A DNA stretch of 64,000 bases, from assembly GCA_964569295.1 (NCBI GenBank), contig CAZMVU010000001.1:84559-148558 (forward strand). Reading direction: 5' to 3'. A model generated the notes under the pieces. The model ran no database searches, was not told the DNA's origin, and worked only from the letters and a program-made list of their open reading frames with translations. Shown here piece by piece: positions 54,582-64,000 of this stretch (its first letter is position 1; each line of letters begins with the position of its first letter). This DNA comes from an uncultured Nitrospirales bacterium. GTDB lineage: Bacteria; Hydrogenedentota; Hydrogenedentia; Hydrogenedentales; JAGMZX01. Position numbers and translations under genes: made by a program.

Positions 54582-54997
54582 GCAGTATACGCCGGTGCGC
54601 ACAGTGGGTCAAGGTGCGGCAAGATTTCCCATGTCGTGCTCTGATGACTTTCTCAAGGATACAGACGGCGCATGCCGCCCCATCGCAGGGGGGATTCATT
54701 GTGCGCTATTTCATCATTCTACTCGCCACCATACTGCCTGTTGGCGGGGCCGTGCATGCTGAAGAATGGCACTTCACCGCCGGCGCCGACCCGCTCACCC
54801 CGAATTCGATCCCCGCAGCGAATGCGTGGACACGGTGGATGCTGGCGGCGGTACTCGGCGCAGCGGGGGCCCTGGGGCTACGGAGGAACTACGGACCAAA
54901 CAACCGAATCCAGTGAAAACATGCTTGCATTTCGTGGCATATCTTTTGTATGCTTTTATGCATACGATAAGAACATCTTCTTACAGGGAAGCGCGTC

Positions 54998-55186
54998 ATG
55001 CGAACCACACTCAACATAGACAATGAACTGCTCGAGGAGGCCCGCGCACTCACCGGCGTCAAGGAGAAAACCGCCTTGGTGCGCATGGGTCTCGAGGCGC
55101 TCGTTGCTCGGGAAAGTGCACGGCGCTTGGCCAAGCTTGGCGGCACGCAGAAAGAACTGAAGCCCATTCCACGGCGGCGTCCGTGA
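54998..55186 (+). CDS. vapB: VapB-type antitoxin (ribbon-helix-helix-like, 62 aa)
   Basis: Small ORF immediately upstream of the PIN-domain gene; 'MRTTLNIDNELLEEARALTGVK' is typical of VapB/Rv0623-like antitoxins. Confidence 0.6.
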   Translation: MRTTLNIDNELLEEARALTGVKEKTALVRMGLEALVARESARRLAKLGGTQKELKPIPRRRP

Positions 55187-55196
55187 GTGTTTCCCC

Positions 55197-55559
55197 ATGG
55201 TTCTTGTTGACACGTCGGTCTGGGTGGATCACTTGCGTGCGTGCAACACAGTGCTCGAGGACTTGCTGAACGCAGACCGCGTGGCCACTCACCCACTCGT
55301 TGTCGGCGAACTCGCATGCGGCAACCTTCAAGACCGCACCACAATTCTTCGCCTCCTGCAAAGTCTACCGACCGCACCGGTCACGCTTCATCGTGAAGTG
55401 CTGGCATTCATCGAAACGGAAGCACTGTACGGCGCGGGACTCGGCTATATCGACATCAACCTGCTTGCCTCCGCCCTGCTCGGGGCCATCCCACTTTGGA
55501 CCAAAGACAAACGCCTGCACCGTGCCGCCGCCGAACGGGGTATTGCCTGGACAGGATAG
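55197..55559 (+). CDS. vapC: VapC toxin (PIN-domain ribonuclease)
   Basis: 'MVLVDTSVWVDHL' N-terminal PIN Asp; conserved acidic residues downstream. Confidence 0.8.
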   Translation: MVLVDTSVWVDHLRACNTVLEDLLNADRVATHPLVVGELACGNLQDRTTILRLLQSLPTAPVTLHREVLAFIETEALYGAGLGYIDINLLASALLGAIPLWTKDKRLHRAAAERGIAWTG

Positions 55560-55617
55560 CAACGCACCATCCTCGTGTAAGACATGCTGCGTTGCGCTCG
55601 GGGCTACGCGTCGGCTA

Positions 55618-55648
55618 CAAGGAAGACGTTGGGGGCAACGTTCCTTGG
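55618..55648. terminator. Hairpin at convergent gene junction (core GACGTTGGGGGCAA)
   Basis: 'CAAGGAAGACGTTGGGGGCAACGTTCCTTGG' inverted repeat between the vapC end and the response-regulator end. Confidence 0.35.
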
Positions 55649-55738
55649 GGTTCCGCCAGACACGGCGAAAGGAGACGCGACTCATGTGTCCGGAATCAGC
55701 CACACGCGCGTGCCGGGGGCATGGCGGCCGCGCGCACG

Positions 55739-56101
55739 CTAGCCCGCCAGTTTCTTCACCTTATCGAGGAGGGTTTCCGCGTCGATGGGCTTTTTCAGCA
55801 TTTCCCGGAAGGGCAACCTGCTGGAGTCCACTACCTGGTCGGACTCGTTGAGTATGGAGGAGATCATGAGGATGGGCACATCCGGCCCGAGTTTATCGGC
55901 CACGGTGTAGCCGGTGTCGATCTTTTCCATGACGATGTCGAGCACAACGCAATCGGGCTTGACGGTATGCGCGTAATTCATGCCCTCCGCGCCGTTATCG
56001 GCCGTGAGCACACGGTAACCGGCGCGTTCGAGGACCTGCTTGCAGAAGTAGCGCATGTCCGGGTCGTCGTCGATGATAAGGACAGTTTTTTGAATTGCCA
56101 T
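55739..56101 (-). CDS. Single-domain response regulator (orphan REC)
   Basis: 'VLIIDDDPDM', 'VVLDIVMEKIDTG', 'LKKP'; start at Met 'MAIQKTV'. Confidence 0.8.
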   Translation of the reverse strand: MAIQKTVLIIDDDPDMRYFCKQVLERAGYRVLTADNGAEGMNYAHTVKPDCVVLDIVMEKIDTGYTVADKLGPDVPILMISSILNESDQVVDSSRLPFREMLKKPIDAETLLDKVKKLAG

Positions 56102-56291
56102 AGCAACCTTGCTCCGAGGCCCATTTGACGGCGGCGGCGGGCGCTGTGTCAAGGACAGGAGGGCGGCGGCCGGGGGGTTCCCGGTGCTTATCGTGGTCAC
56201 TACACGCGGCCATGGCGTGCCCGCCCACACGGGCACGCACCCCCGCCGTCAGGGATTCTGCCGGTTGTGCCGGTATAGCGCCTGCCATACC

Positions 56292-56438
56292 CTAGTAGGT
56301 GTAGCGGCCTTTGTCGGCAAAGGCCGCCGAAAGAATGAGACTGAAGGCCATCATCCACACATAGAGGAAAATGTTGCCCATGGCATCATCCTGCTTCTGC
56401 ATGGCCGGCTTGGCGGTCAACTTGCGGATGTGTCGCAT
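56292..56438 (-). CDS. Unannotated small membrane protein candidate (48 aa)
   Basis: rc translation 'MRHIRKLTAKPAMQKQDDAMGNIFLYVWMMAFSLILSAAFADKGRYTY'; strong RBS AAAGGAAGG 6 nt upstream; one hydrophobic helix. Confidence 0.4.
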   Translation of the reverse strand: MRHIRKLTAKPAMQKQDDAMGNIFLYVWMMAFSLILSAAFADKGRYTY

Positions 56439-56588
56439 ACGTTACCTTCCTTTCGGTTATGTATGCCGGCTGCCCCATTGAATTGAGACGAGACGGCATC
56501 CAATTATCCTGTCGTTTGATCCTACCACACAATGCCCCTATAGTTTTAGCTTTCGGATTCCGGCCACCAACGACTCGGGAATATCCCT

Positions 56589-57440
56589 ATGCAAACCGCC
56601 ACATTGCGCCTCCATTGCCAGGACACCAAGGGCATTGTGTTCAACGTCGCCAAGTTCATCTTCGATCGCGGCGGCAACATCATCGATTCCCAGCAGCACA
56701 CGGAAGAACTGGGGAACCGGTTCTTCATGCGGGTCTACTTTGACCGCGCCGATATGCCGGCTACCAAGCAGCAGTTGCGCGACGACCTCGCCCTTTTGGC
56801 CAGCACCTACGATATGGAGTGGGAGATCAACTTCTCGGACGACCGCAAGCGCATGGCCATCATGGTGTCGAAGTACGACCACTGCCTCTATGATCTCCTC
56901 CTTCGCCACCAGTATGGCGAGATCAACGCGGACATCGCGTGCATTATTTCGAACCACCCGGACCTCGAGGATGTGGCTGCGCGGTTCCGTATCCCCTTCT
57001 TCCACGTGCCGGTGAAGCGCGGTGAAAAGCCACAGGCCGAAGCGCGCACCCTCGAGGTTTTCCAGCAACACTATGTGGACTTTGTCGTGCTCGCGCGCTA
57101 CATGCAGATTCTCACCGCCGGCCTCATTGACCCCTACCGCAACCGCATCATCAACGTACACCATGGGTTCCTGCCGGCCTTCAAAGGCGCCAAGCCCTAC
57201 CACCAGGCCTACGAGCGGGGCGTGAAGCTGATCGGCGCCACGAGCCACTACGCCACCGAGGACCTCGACGCCGGCCCCATCATCGCGCAGGAAACCATTC
57301 CCGTGAAGCATACCCACAGCGTCGAGCAGCTCATCAGCATCGGGCGCACCATCGAGAAGAACGTGCTCGCCGCCGCCGTGCGCGCCCACGCCGACGACCG
57401 GATCATGGTCTACCACCGGCGCACCATTGTTTTCGAATAG
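56589..57440 (+). CDS. purU: Formyltetrahydrofolate deformylase
   Basis: N-terminal ACT domain, formyltransferase core 'NVHHGFLPAFKGAKPYHQA', 'HYATEDLDAGPII'. Confidence 0.9.
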   Translation: MQTATLRLHCQDTKGIVFNVAKFIFDRGGNIIDSQQHTEELGNRFFMRVYFDRADMPATKQQLRDDLALLASTYDMEWEINFSDDRKRMAIMVSKYDHCLYDLLLRHQYGEINADIACIISNHPDLEDVAARFRIPFFHVPVKRGEKPQAEARTLEVFQQHYVDFVVLARYMQILTAGLIDPYRNRIINVHHGFLPAFKGAKPYHQAYERGVKLIGATSHYATEDLDAGPIIAQETIPVKHTHSVEQLISIGRTIEKNVLAAAVRAHADDRIMVYHRRTIVFE

Positions 57441-57568
57441 CCTTGCTGTGGGTGGGCGGTACGGGCGGCCGTATGCGATGGAATCCTGACTTGCTCCACA
57501 ATGTTTTGTAGGGTAGGATGTGTACAGGAAATCCAAGCAAACGTAATCAGGTTGGGGGCACTTAAAAT

Positions 57569-58213
57569 ATGAAAACCAAGATTAAGCCGGCATACACGAT
57601 CGCCGAGGAGGTGGCCAATGCCATTACCCACGGTATTGGGGTCGTTTTCAGCTTTGTTGCGCTGGTGATGCTCGTGGTTTTCGCGACCCAGGGGGGCGAT
57701 ATCTGGCGGATTGTGTCGGTGAGCATCTTCGGCTCGACGCTCATCCTGCTCTATGCCGCCTCGACCCTCTACCACGCGCTGCCGCAACCGAACGTAAAGC
57801 GCATCATGCGCATCGTGGATCATGGCGCCATCTACCTGCTGATCGCCGGCACCTACACCCCCTTCCTGCTCGGTGACATGCGCGGTCCCTGGGGCTGGAG
57901 CCTCTTCGGCGTGCTCTGGGGGGCGGCGCTTTCGGGGATTATCTTCAAGATATTCTTCGTGGGGCGCTTCAATTTTATCGCCACCATGCTCTATCTGGCC
58001 ATGGGCTGGACCGTGGTTGTGGCGTTCAAGCCGGCTATTGAGTCAATTCCCATGGCGGCCCTGATCCTCATGGCCATCGGCGGTATCGCCTATACCAGCG
58101 GCGTTGTTTTCTACCTCTGGGAACGGCTCCCCTACAATCATGCCATCTGGCATCTGTTCGTGTTGACCGGCAGCGCTTTTCATTTCGCTGCCATCATCGG
58201 CTACGCAACCTGA
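57569..58213 (+). CDS. Hemolysin-III / PAQR-family membrane protein
   Basis: '[12 protein letters not shown]' and C-terminal 'HAIWHLFV' motifs, 7 TM. Confidence 0.85.
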   Translation: MKTKIKPAYTIAEEVANAITHGIGVVFSFVALVMLVVFATQGGDIWRIVSVSIFGSTLILLYAASTLYHALPQPNVKRIMRIVDHGAIYLLIAGTYTPFLLGDMRGPWGWSLFGVLWGAALSGIIFKIFFVGRFNFIATMLYLAMGWTVVVAFKPAIESIPMAALILMAIGGIAYTSGVVFYLWERLPYNHAIWHLFVLTGSAFHFAAIIGYAT

Positions 58214-58286
58214 ACTGTTCATCAATGACATGTGCCGGCGCCATGTACTGTGGACGGTCTTTACTTCTGGACGGACCCCGCACCCC

Positions 58287-60188
58287 ATGAAACGTGATTT
58301 TGACGTCATTGTCATAGGCGCGGGTCACGCCGGCATCGAGGCGGCGCTGGCCTGCGCGCGCATGGGCCGGCCCACACTGCTGGCGACGATGTCGCTCGAC
58401 CACATCGGGCGCATGTCGTGCAACCCGGCCATCGGCGGCGTGGCGAAGGGGCAGGTGGTGCGCGAGATCGACGCGCTGGGCGGTGAAATGGGCCGGTGCA
58501 TCGACCGCACGGGCATCCAGTACAAAATGCTGAACCGGTCCAAGGGGCCGGCCGTCCACTCACCCCGGGCTCAGGCTGACCGGGTCGCCTACCAGTACGA
58601 CATGAAACGGGTCTGCGAAGAGACACCCAACCTGTATCTGAAGCAGACCATGGTCGAGGACCTCATCATCCGCGAGGATGCGGTGTGCGGTATCACCACG
58701 GGGCTGGGCGAGGAAATCAGCGGGCGGGCGGTCATCGTCTGCACGGGTACGTTTCTTGGCGGTAAGCTCCACTTCGGCATGAAGACGGTGGGCGGCGGGC
58801 GTGGCGGCGAACCGCCCTCGACGGGCCTCTCGGCTACCTACCGCAAGCTCGGTTTCCCTGTGGGCCGCCTCAAGACGGGAACCTGCCCGCGCGTTCACTA
58901 CCGCTCGATCAACTTCGATGCGCTGGCCGTGCAGCATGGCGACGCGCAACCGCAGCCGTTCTCGTTCACCACGCCGATCGCGGGCTTCGCACCGAACAAA
59001 GCCCATTGCTGGCTCACCTATACAAACCAGGTAACGGTCCAAGCCATTCTGGACAACCTCGATCGCTCGCCCCTCTACGCCGGCCGCATCGACGGGGTGG
59101 GCACGCGCTATTGCCCCAGCATCGAAGACAAGATCATGCGGTTCCCGGACAAGGAACGTCATTTCATTTTCCTCGAACCCGAGGGTTTACACACGCAGGA
59201 AATCTACGTGAACGGCCTGTCGACAAGCCTGCCGGAAGACGTGCAAGAAGCGATGCTCCACTCGATCGGCGGGCTCGAGGAGGCGGAAATACTGCGGCCG
59301 GGCTATGCCGTCGAATACGACTTCGTGGCGCCTACGGAATTAAAACCCACGCTCGAGACGAAAAAGGTGCGCGGTCTCTTCCACGCCGGTCAGATCAACG
59401 GCACCTCGGGTTATGAGGAAGCGGGCGGTCAGGGCATCTATGCCGCCATCAACGCCGTACGCATGCTCGAAGGCGCGCAGCCGCTCCTCATCGGACGTAA
59501 CGAGGCGTATATCGGGGTCATGGTGGACGACCTGGTGACACGGGGCGTCATGGAACCGTATCGATTGTTCACTTCGCGCGCAGAGTACCGCCTGCACCTG
59601 CGCCATGACAACGCCGACGAACGCCTCGCGAAGTACGGCTTCGCCAATGACGTGGTGGTGAAGCACCTGCGTGCGAAGCAGGACGCCGCCGCCCGGGAAA
59701 GGGCGCGGCTCGAAAAGACTACCCTCGCGCCCTCGCACGCAATCAACGCACTGCTCGAAGCGCGGGGCGCCCAACCGCTGCGACAGCACCAGAATGCCGC
59801 GGCGGTATTGTGCCGGCCGAATGTGACGCTGGAAGACATATGGCGGTTTTCGCCGCCGCCGGAACCCGTCGATCCGCTGGCCGCGCAGCAGGTTTCGATT
59901 CACCTGAAGTACCGGGGATACCTCGAACGCCAGGACCGCAGCGTGCAGAAGTTCCGCAAGGCGGAGGGCTGGGCAATACCGGCAGACATGGACTACGACA
60001 CCGTGCCGGGTCTGCCTGCGGAGACGCGCCAGCGGCTCAAGGAAATCCAGCCGGTGAACTTTGGGCAAGCCTCGCGCGTGCCCGGTATTCGCGCGACGGA
60101 TGTGGCGGTGCTGCATGTATTCGTCGAAAAGCTGCGCCGCGCCCCCCGCACACCGGCTTCCGAACCCGCTATCGACAAGCCCTGCTAA
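58287..60188 (+). CDS. mnmG: tRNA uridine-5-carboxymethylaminomethyl modification enzyme MnmG (GidA)
   Basis: '[15 protein letters not shown]' FAD-binding, full-length GidA conservation; start at Met 'MKRDFDV'. Confidence 0.95.
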   Translation: MKRDFDVIVIGAGHAGIEAALACARMGRPTLLATMSLDHIGRMSCNPAIGGVAKGQVVREIDALGGEMGRCIDRTGIQYKMLNRSKGPAVHSPRAQADRVAYQYDMKRVCEETPNLYLKQTMVEDLIIREDAVCGITTGLGEEISGRAVIVCTGTFLGGKLHFGMKTVGGGRGGEPPSTGLSATYRKLGFPVGRLKTGTCPRVHYRSINFDALAVQHGDAQPQPFSFTTPIAGFAPNKAHCWLTYTNQVTVQAILDNLDRSPLYAGRIDGVGTRYCPSIEDKIMRFPDKERHFIFLEPEGLHTQEIYVNGLSTSLPEDVQEAMLHSIGGLEEAEILRPGYAVEYDFVAPTELKPTLETKKVRGLFHAGQINGTSGYEEAGGQGIYAAINAVRMLEGAQPLLIGRNEAYIGVMVDDLVTRGVMEPYRLFTSRAEYRLHLRHDNADERLAKYGFANDVVVKHLRAKQDAAARERARLEKTTLAPSHAINALLEARGAQPLRQHQNAAAVLCRPNVTLEDIWRFSPPPEPVDPLAAQQVSIHLKYRGYLERQDRSVQKFRKAEGWAIPADMDYDTVPGLPAETRQRLKEIQPVNFGQASRVPGIRATDVAVLHVFVEKLRRAPRTPASEPAIDKPC

Positions 60189-60512
60189 TGTTTTGCGCGG
60201 GTAAAGCCCAGCCGCCCAGCCTTATTCGAGGTAACCCAACGCGCGCATACCGAATCCCGTGTGAAAACGCGCGCGAGGCGGGGGCGTAAGCGTGTAGGTA
60301 ATCGCCGTGGGACAATGCGCGAACAACACGGGCCGATCGGTCTTCCCGATCTGATACAGGCGCCGCCCCACCGCACGCTCGCGAAATTCGGATGCGCCTG
60401 GCCGAATTGCCATGCGGATAAGACGAACCTCGGCTGGCGCGTCAAAATGCAGGGCGACACCCTCCAATACTGCGTCGCCATCGGCGGTTCCCAGTTCCGT
60501 GAGCGCCACCTC

Positions 60513-60989
60513 CTAAAGCACCGGCCCATGTTGCGTGATACTCAGGGGAACATGCCAAGTCTCCCCCATGTCCTGGCCATGGCAGGGCTGCGACGCAAGA
60601 CACAATGAAAGCTCCGCCTGGTTCACGCCCTCCACCGCCAGTGTCAGGAGCATCGTATCGCCCTCGCTTACCACGACGTACGGCTCGAAATCACCCCGGA
60701 TAACGTCCGAACCTTCCAACGAAAAGGACAGATCCGCGGAGGAAAAAACCGGCTGCACATCGCCGCTTGCGGCATACCACGACGCACCTCCTTCGCGCGG
60801 AAACAGCACCTCGGGCATGATTTCCTCTTGCGCTATAGCCGGCCCGGCGATCTGCGCCTCGTCCAGGTGCTGATCGAAACGATATGCCGGCGGCGCCGCT
60901 CCCCCGAATGCGCCTGGCACGCCGAGCAGGAGCATTCCCGCCACGGCAACAACAGACAAAACCAAACGGCAGGAAGATATTGGCAACAT
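60513..60989 (-). CDS. Hypothetical secreted protein (158 aa)
   Basis: Signal-peptide-like N-terminus; no family; the downstream same-strand ORF 60222-60509 may belong to the same degraded gene. Confidence 0.3.
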   Translation of the reverse strand: MLPISSCRLVLSVVAVAGMLLLGVPGAFGGAAPPAYRFDQHLDEAQIAGPAIAQEEIMPEVLFPREGGASWYAASGDVQPVFSSADLSFSLEGSDVIRGDFEPYVVVSEGDTMLLTLAVEGVNQAELSLCLASQPCHGQDMGETWHVPLSITQHGPVL

Positions 60990-61134
60990 AAGGAACTCCA
61001 GTGGTCAGGCTCAAGGCCAATCAAGGTGAAACCTGTCCCGTGTCAAAAGTGTTCCGGACGTCGAGACGTTTCCGGCTGGGTAGACGACCGGTGTGCGGCA
61101 TTTGCTATAATAACATGCGCAGTGGGCTTGGGGA

Positions 61135-61698
61135 ATGCAGGGGTATGAGATCAAGGAGTGTGATTCCATGAGTCTTCGCACCGGCCGCACTTTTGTTTCG
61201 CCAGAGCAATTTCTGCGAGAGTTCCTTCACTTGTGCATGCACCCACGGGGTATTGTGCGCCTGATGCGCGGCAAGAGCCTTGATCCGTGCCTGCGTGAGC
61301 GCGTGATGCTCGCCGTAACCGAAGTGAACCGTTGTTCCCTTTGCGCCTGGGCCCACACGCGCATGGCGTTGCAGGAAGGGCTCGACCGCGACGAAGTGAA
61401 TGCCTTGCTGCACGGCACGATGCACGGTGTACCGCCGGAACAACATACGGCCACACTTTTTGCGCAGCACTGGGCCGACACCGGCGGGAAGCCCGACGCT
61501 GACGCGCGGGTGCATTTCGAGGCTGCTTACGACAAGCAGACCGTGGCCGCCCTCGACCTCGCCATGCGGTTTATCCGTTTCTGGAACTATTGCGGCGTAG
61601 CCTGCGAACGCTTTGTCAGTTGGGTGAGCTTCGGCCGGTTCCAGACTTCGTTCCCGGCGAAGAAGGGCAGGCAATCAGCCGCCTCCGAGACGCAGTAG
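61135..61698 (+). CDS. Carboxymuconolactone decarboxylase (AhpD-like) family protein
   Basis: 'NRCSLCAWAHT' CxxC..H AhpD-like core; ~180 aa. Confidence 0.55.
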   Translation: MQGYEIKECDSMSLRTGRTFVSPEQFLREFLHLCMHPRGIVRLMRGKSLDPCLRERVMLAVTEVNRCSLCAWAHTRMALQEGLDRDEVNALLHGTMHGVPPEQHTATLFAQHWADTGGKPDADARVHFEAAYDKQTVAALDLAMRFIRFWNYCGVACERFVSWVSFGRFQTSFPAKKGRQSAASETQ

Positions 61699-61953
61699 CT
61701 GGAAGAGGCGCCCCCGCGCATCCCAACTTCACCTTTTGCCTGCACCGCCTTGTGGCCACCCGCTAGCGCGCACAGCCCGCTCTTGCGGCTTTGTCCCGCC
61801 TGTCCGTATGATGCCTGCCAATGCAAACGCGCAGACGGCACGCCCTGCGTGTACGCGCTCCGTCGGGCACCAACAAGGAAGGCCCGCCACACATAGCGGG
61901 AACCTTTCCCGCACGCAAATGGATGAATAATCCGTGAACCAAGGTCTACCCCA

Positions 61954-63888
61954 ATGCGATTCCGGACACGCCTGGCACTGACAACAACCGCCTTCACCAG
62001 CTTTGTCATCCTGACGGTGACCTTGCTGGTGCTGGTGCTGTCGTTCCTGGCCATCCTCGAGCACTACCGGGACCGGGGGCTCATGCTGAACCGGCTCGTG
62101 CAGAACAATGTGGCCTATGCCTCGCAGTTGCCTGAACTGGTCATGGCGCGTGTGGCGGACCAGATGGTCATGAATGCGCTCTTGGCCGCGGAACTCGTGA
62201 ACGTGGCGGCCATAAGCGACGAGGTGGACAACGAAGCGGTGAGCCGCGCCTTGAAACGGGCGATCAATCGATCGACTGAACTGCACGGCCATCCGCTGGT
62301 GGATGAAATCTGGATCACTGACGAAGAAGGCCGCGCCACCATCCATACGGCGGACTTCGATTTCACCTTTGCCCCGGGCACGGGCATCCGCCCGCACAGG
62401 GCATCGTTCCGAAAACTCCTCGAAGACGGCGCCAAGCCGGTCATCCAGGAATTGAAGCCACGTGCGCAGGACGGTGCGGAGTATCAGTATGTCGGGGTGA
62501 CCGGCGTGGAAAAGCCGCGTATCGTGCAGGTCGGCATGAGCCGCGAGCGGGTCGAGGCAGTCCAGGAGGGGTTCACGGTGCAGGCGGTTATCGAGAATTT
62601 TGTGATCGACCGCGAGGTCGAGCGCATCGCCGTGCTTACGCCGGGCGGGCGCGTGCTCGCATCGACCGACGATAACCTGCCGCGCGGCGAACAGGTGCGC
62701 GAATTCAAGCTGGCGGCGCTGGTAAACAAGCTCAACCGCCAACAGAACGACAACATGGCGATGGACGAGTTCGCCAACAGCATCGGCGTGGCCACGCGCA
62801 CCGGACACCTCGCCGGTATCGACACGTGCGTGCTCTTCATTCAGTACCGCACCGCCCGATTCTTCACGCTGGTAGGCAGTGCGGCCCGCCATGTTTTGTG
62901 GGCAGGACTTGTTCTGATAATCGTGAGCATGATTATAAGTCTCTGGGTCGCGCGCCGCTTCTCGAAACCGCTCACGGAGCTGAGCGACGCCGCCATCGAC
63001 TTCGGCCGGGGGCGCCTCGAGCGGCGGCTCGACATCAAGGGAGACCGCGAGATCAGAGCCGTGGCCGACGCCTTCAACCACATGGCCACGTCGCTCCAGA
63101 CCTACATGCAGACCCTGCGCCACGAGGCGCGCCAACGCGAGCGCCTCGAAAGCGAGTTCCGCATCGCCTCGCAGTTGCAACGGCGCCTCCTGCCGGAATC
63201 ACCGCCGCCGTTTCCGAACATCGAGGTGGCGGCGGCCTGCGTGGCAGCGCACGAGGTGGGTGGCGATTTCTACGATTACGTGCGCATGGGCGAGCGGCGC
63301 CTCGCCATTGCCATTGGCGACGCGACGGGCCATGGCATCTCCGCAGCACTGCTCATCTCCGAGTGCTGGAGTATCATGCGCGCGTTTGCGGAGACCACAC
63401 CCTCCGCCGCCGAGCTCCTCTACCGTACGAACAATGCCGTGTGCCAGCGTGTGGGCGATACCGGCCGCTTCGCCACCTTGTTTGTCACCGTACTGGACAC
63501 GCACACCGGCGAGATGCGCTTCTCGGTCGCGGGACATAATCCACCCTTTGTTCTGACGGCCGGCGGCACGGTGAAATACGCCCTGTGCAGTGCAATGGGG
63601 CTGCCCCTGGGTGTTCAGCAGAACTGCGAGTTCGAGGAGGCCGCGCTTATCCTCGAGCCGGGTGAGAGTATCGCGCTCTATAGCGATGGCATTACCGAGG
63701 CCCACGCGCCAGACAACACCCCCTACGGCGTCGACCGGCTGCAACAGCAATTGTACCGGAATGCAGCAAAAAACCCGCGCAGGCTCGTAGACGCTGTGCT
63801 GGCGGACGTGCGCACCCATACGCAGCGGGACGAACCGGCCGACGACATGACCCTCGTGTTATTGCGGTTTCACGGTGCGGGTTCGTAG
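61954..63888 (+). CDS. Membrane sensor PP2C-family serine phosphatase (periplasmic sensor domain, TM, HAMP, SpoIIE/RsbU-type phosphatase)
   Basis: Two TM segments bracketing ~260-aa extracytoplasmic region, HAMP ('LTELSDAAIDFGRGRLERRLD'), PP2C motifs 'GGDFYDY', 'GDATGHG', 'YSDGITEA', 'DDMTLVLL'. Confidence 0.8.
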   Translation: MRFRTRLALTTTAFTSFVILTVTLLVLVLSFLAILEHYRDRGLMLNRLVQNNVAYASQLPELVMARVADQMVMNALLAAELVNVAAISDEVDNEAVSRALKRAINRSTELHGHPLVDEIWITDEEGRATIHTADFDFTFAPGTGIRPHRASFRKLLEDGAKPVIQELKPRAQDGAEYQYVGVTGVEKPRIVQVGMSRERVEAVQEGFTVQAVIENFVIDREVERIAVLTPGGRVLASTDDNLPRGEQVREFKLAALVNKLNRQQNDNMAMDEFANSIGVATRTGHLAGIDTCVLFIQYRTARFFTLVGSAARHVLWAGLVLIIVSMIISLWVARRFSKPLTELSDAAIDFGRGRLERRLDIKGDREIRAVADAFNHMATSLQTYMQTLRHEARQRERLESEFRIASQLQRRLLPESPPPFPNIEVAAACVAAHEVGGDFYDYVRMGERRLAIAIGDATGHGISAALLISECWSIMRAFAETTPSAAELLYRTNNAVCQRVGDTGRFATLFVTVLDTHTGEMRFSVAGHNPPFVLTAGGTVKYALCSAMGLPLGVQQNCEFEEAALILEPGESIALYSDGITEAHAPDNTPYGVDRLQQQLYRNAAKNPRRLVDAVLADVRTHTQRDEPADDMTLVLLRFHGAGS

Positions 63889-64000
63889 TGACCCACATGA
63901 CATCCGCAAGCCACGTGGTTGCGGCATAATACCAGAAATTAGGCTGAGTGGTTTCGCATTCGGATCGAAAACAGTGCGCCCGCTTGCCGCATACTGCCCT

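Noticed and set aside
60222-60509. 95-aa minus-strand ORF downstream of hypothetical gene 60513-60989, possibly a continuation of it
   Set aside because: No homology or motif support; could not verify a frameshift or stop read-through from the sequence alone, so left unannotated

Overview
High-GC (~65%) bacterial chromosome segment, probably from a diderm organism (Mla/Mce, ExbBD-TonB and lipoprotein signals are present). Conserved housekeeping genes are interleaved with accessory and mobile content: ligA, argC-argJ-argB, dinB, purU, mnmG, a MoxR ATPase and a Trm112-like protein. Notable accessory content includes: (1) an operon in which ligA overlaps a STAS-fused MlaE-like permease, followed by an MlaF-like ATPase, an MCE protein and an auxiliary lipoprotein; (2) a minus-strand module of a SprT-like metallopeptidase, a small membrane protein, an ECF sigma factor and a 596-aa repeat-containing transmembrane anti-sigma candidate; (3) a 745-aa fused extended-SDR epimerase/dehydratase plus DegT-type aminotransferase; (4) ExbB-ExbD-TonB-like genes followed by a zinc-ribbon membrane protein and a secreted DUF1080-like protein carrying nine DAAK tandem repeats; (5) a glycosyltransferase cluster (MGDG-synthase-like GT-B, two tandem paralogous GT4 genes and a small unknown ORF); (6) a lower-GC, mobile-element-rich region (~38.0-47.5 kb) with a MITE-like inverted-repeat element, an alginate-lyase-like gene, a beta-propeller glycosidase, an IS4-family transposase, a GH94 phosphorylase pseudogene cut by an IS3-like remnant, an unannotated entericidin-like lipoprotein ORF, an orphan CheY, a transposase fragment and a frameshifted IS21 IstB; (7) a sensor histidine kinase, two secreted hydrolase-like genes each preceded by a conserved ~120-bp element with triple CAC(A/G)AAG heptamers, a vapBC module, orphan response regulators and a PP2C-type sensor phosphatase. 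Two copies of an ~85-bp direct repeat lie 37 kb apart. No rRNA, tRNA or CRISPR array was found. Positions of features read directly off the sequence (repeats, hairpins, small ORFs) are approximate to +/-2 bp; CDS ends follow the ORF track and include the stop codon.
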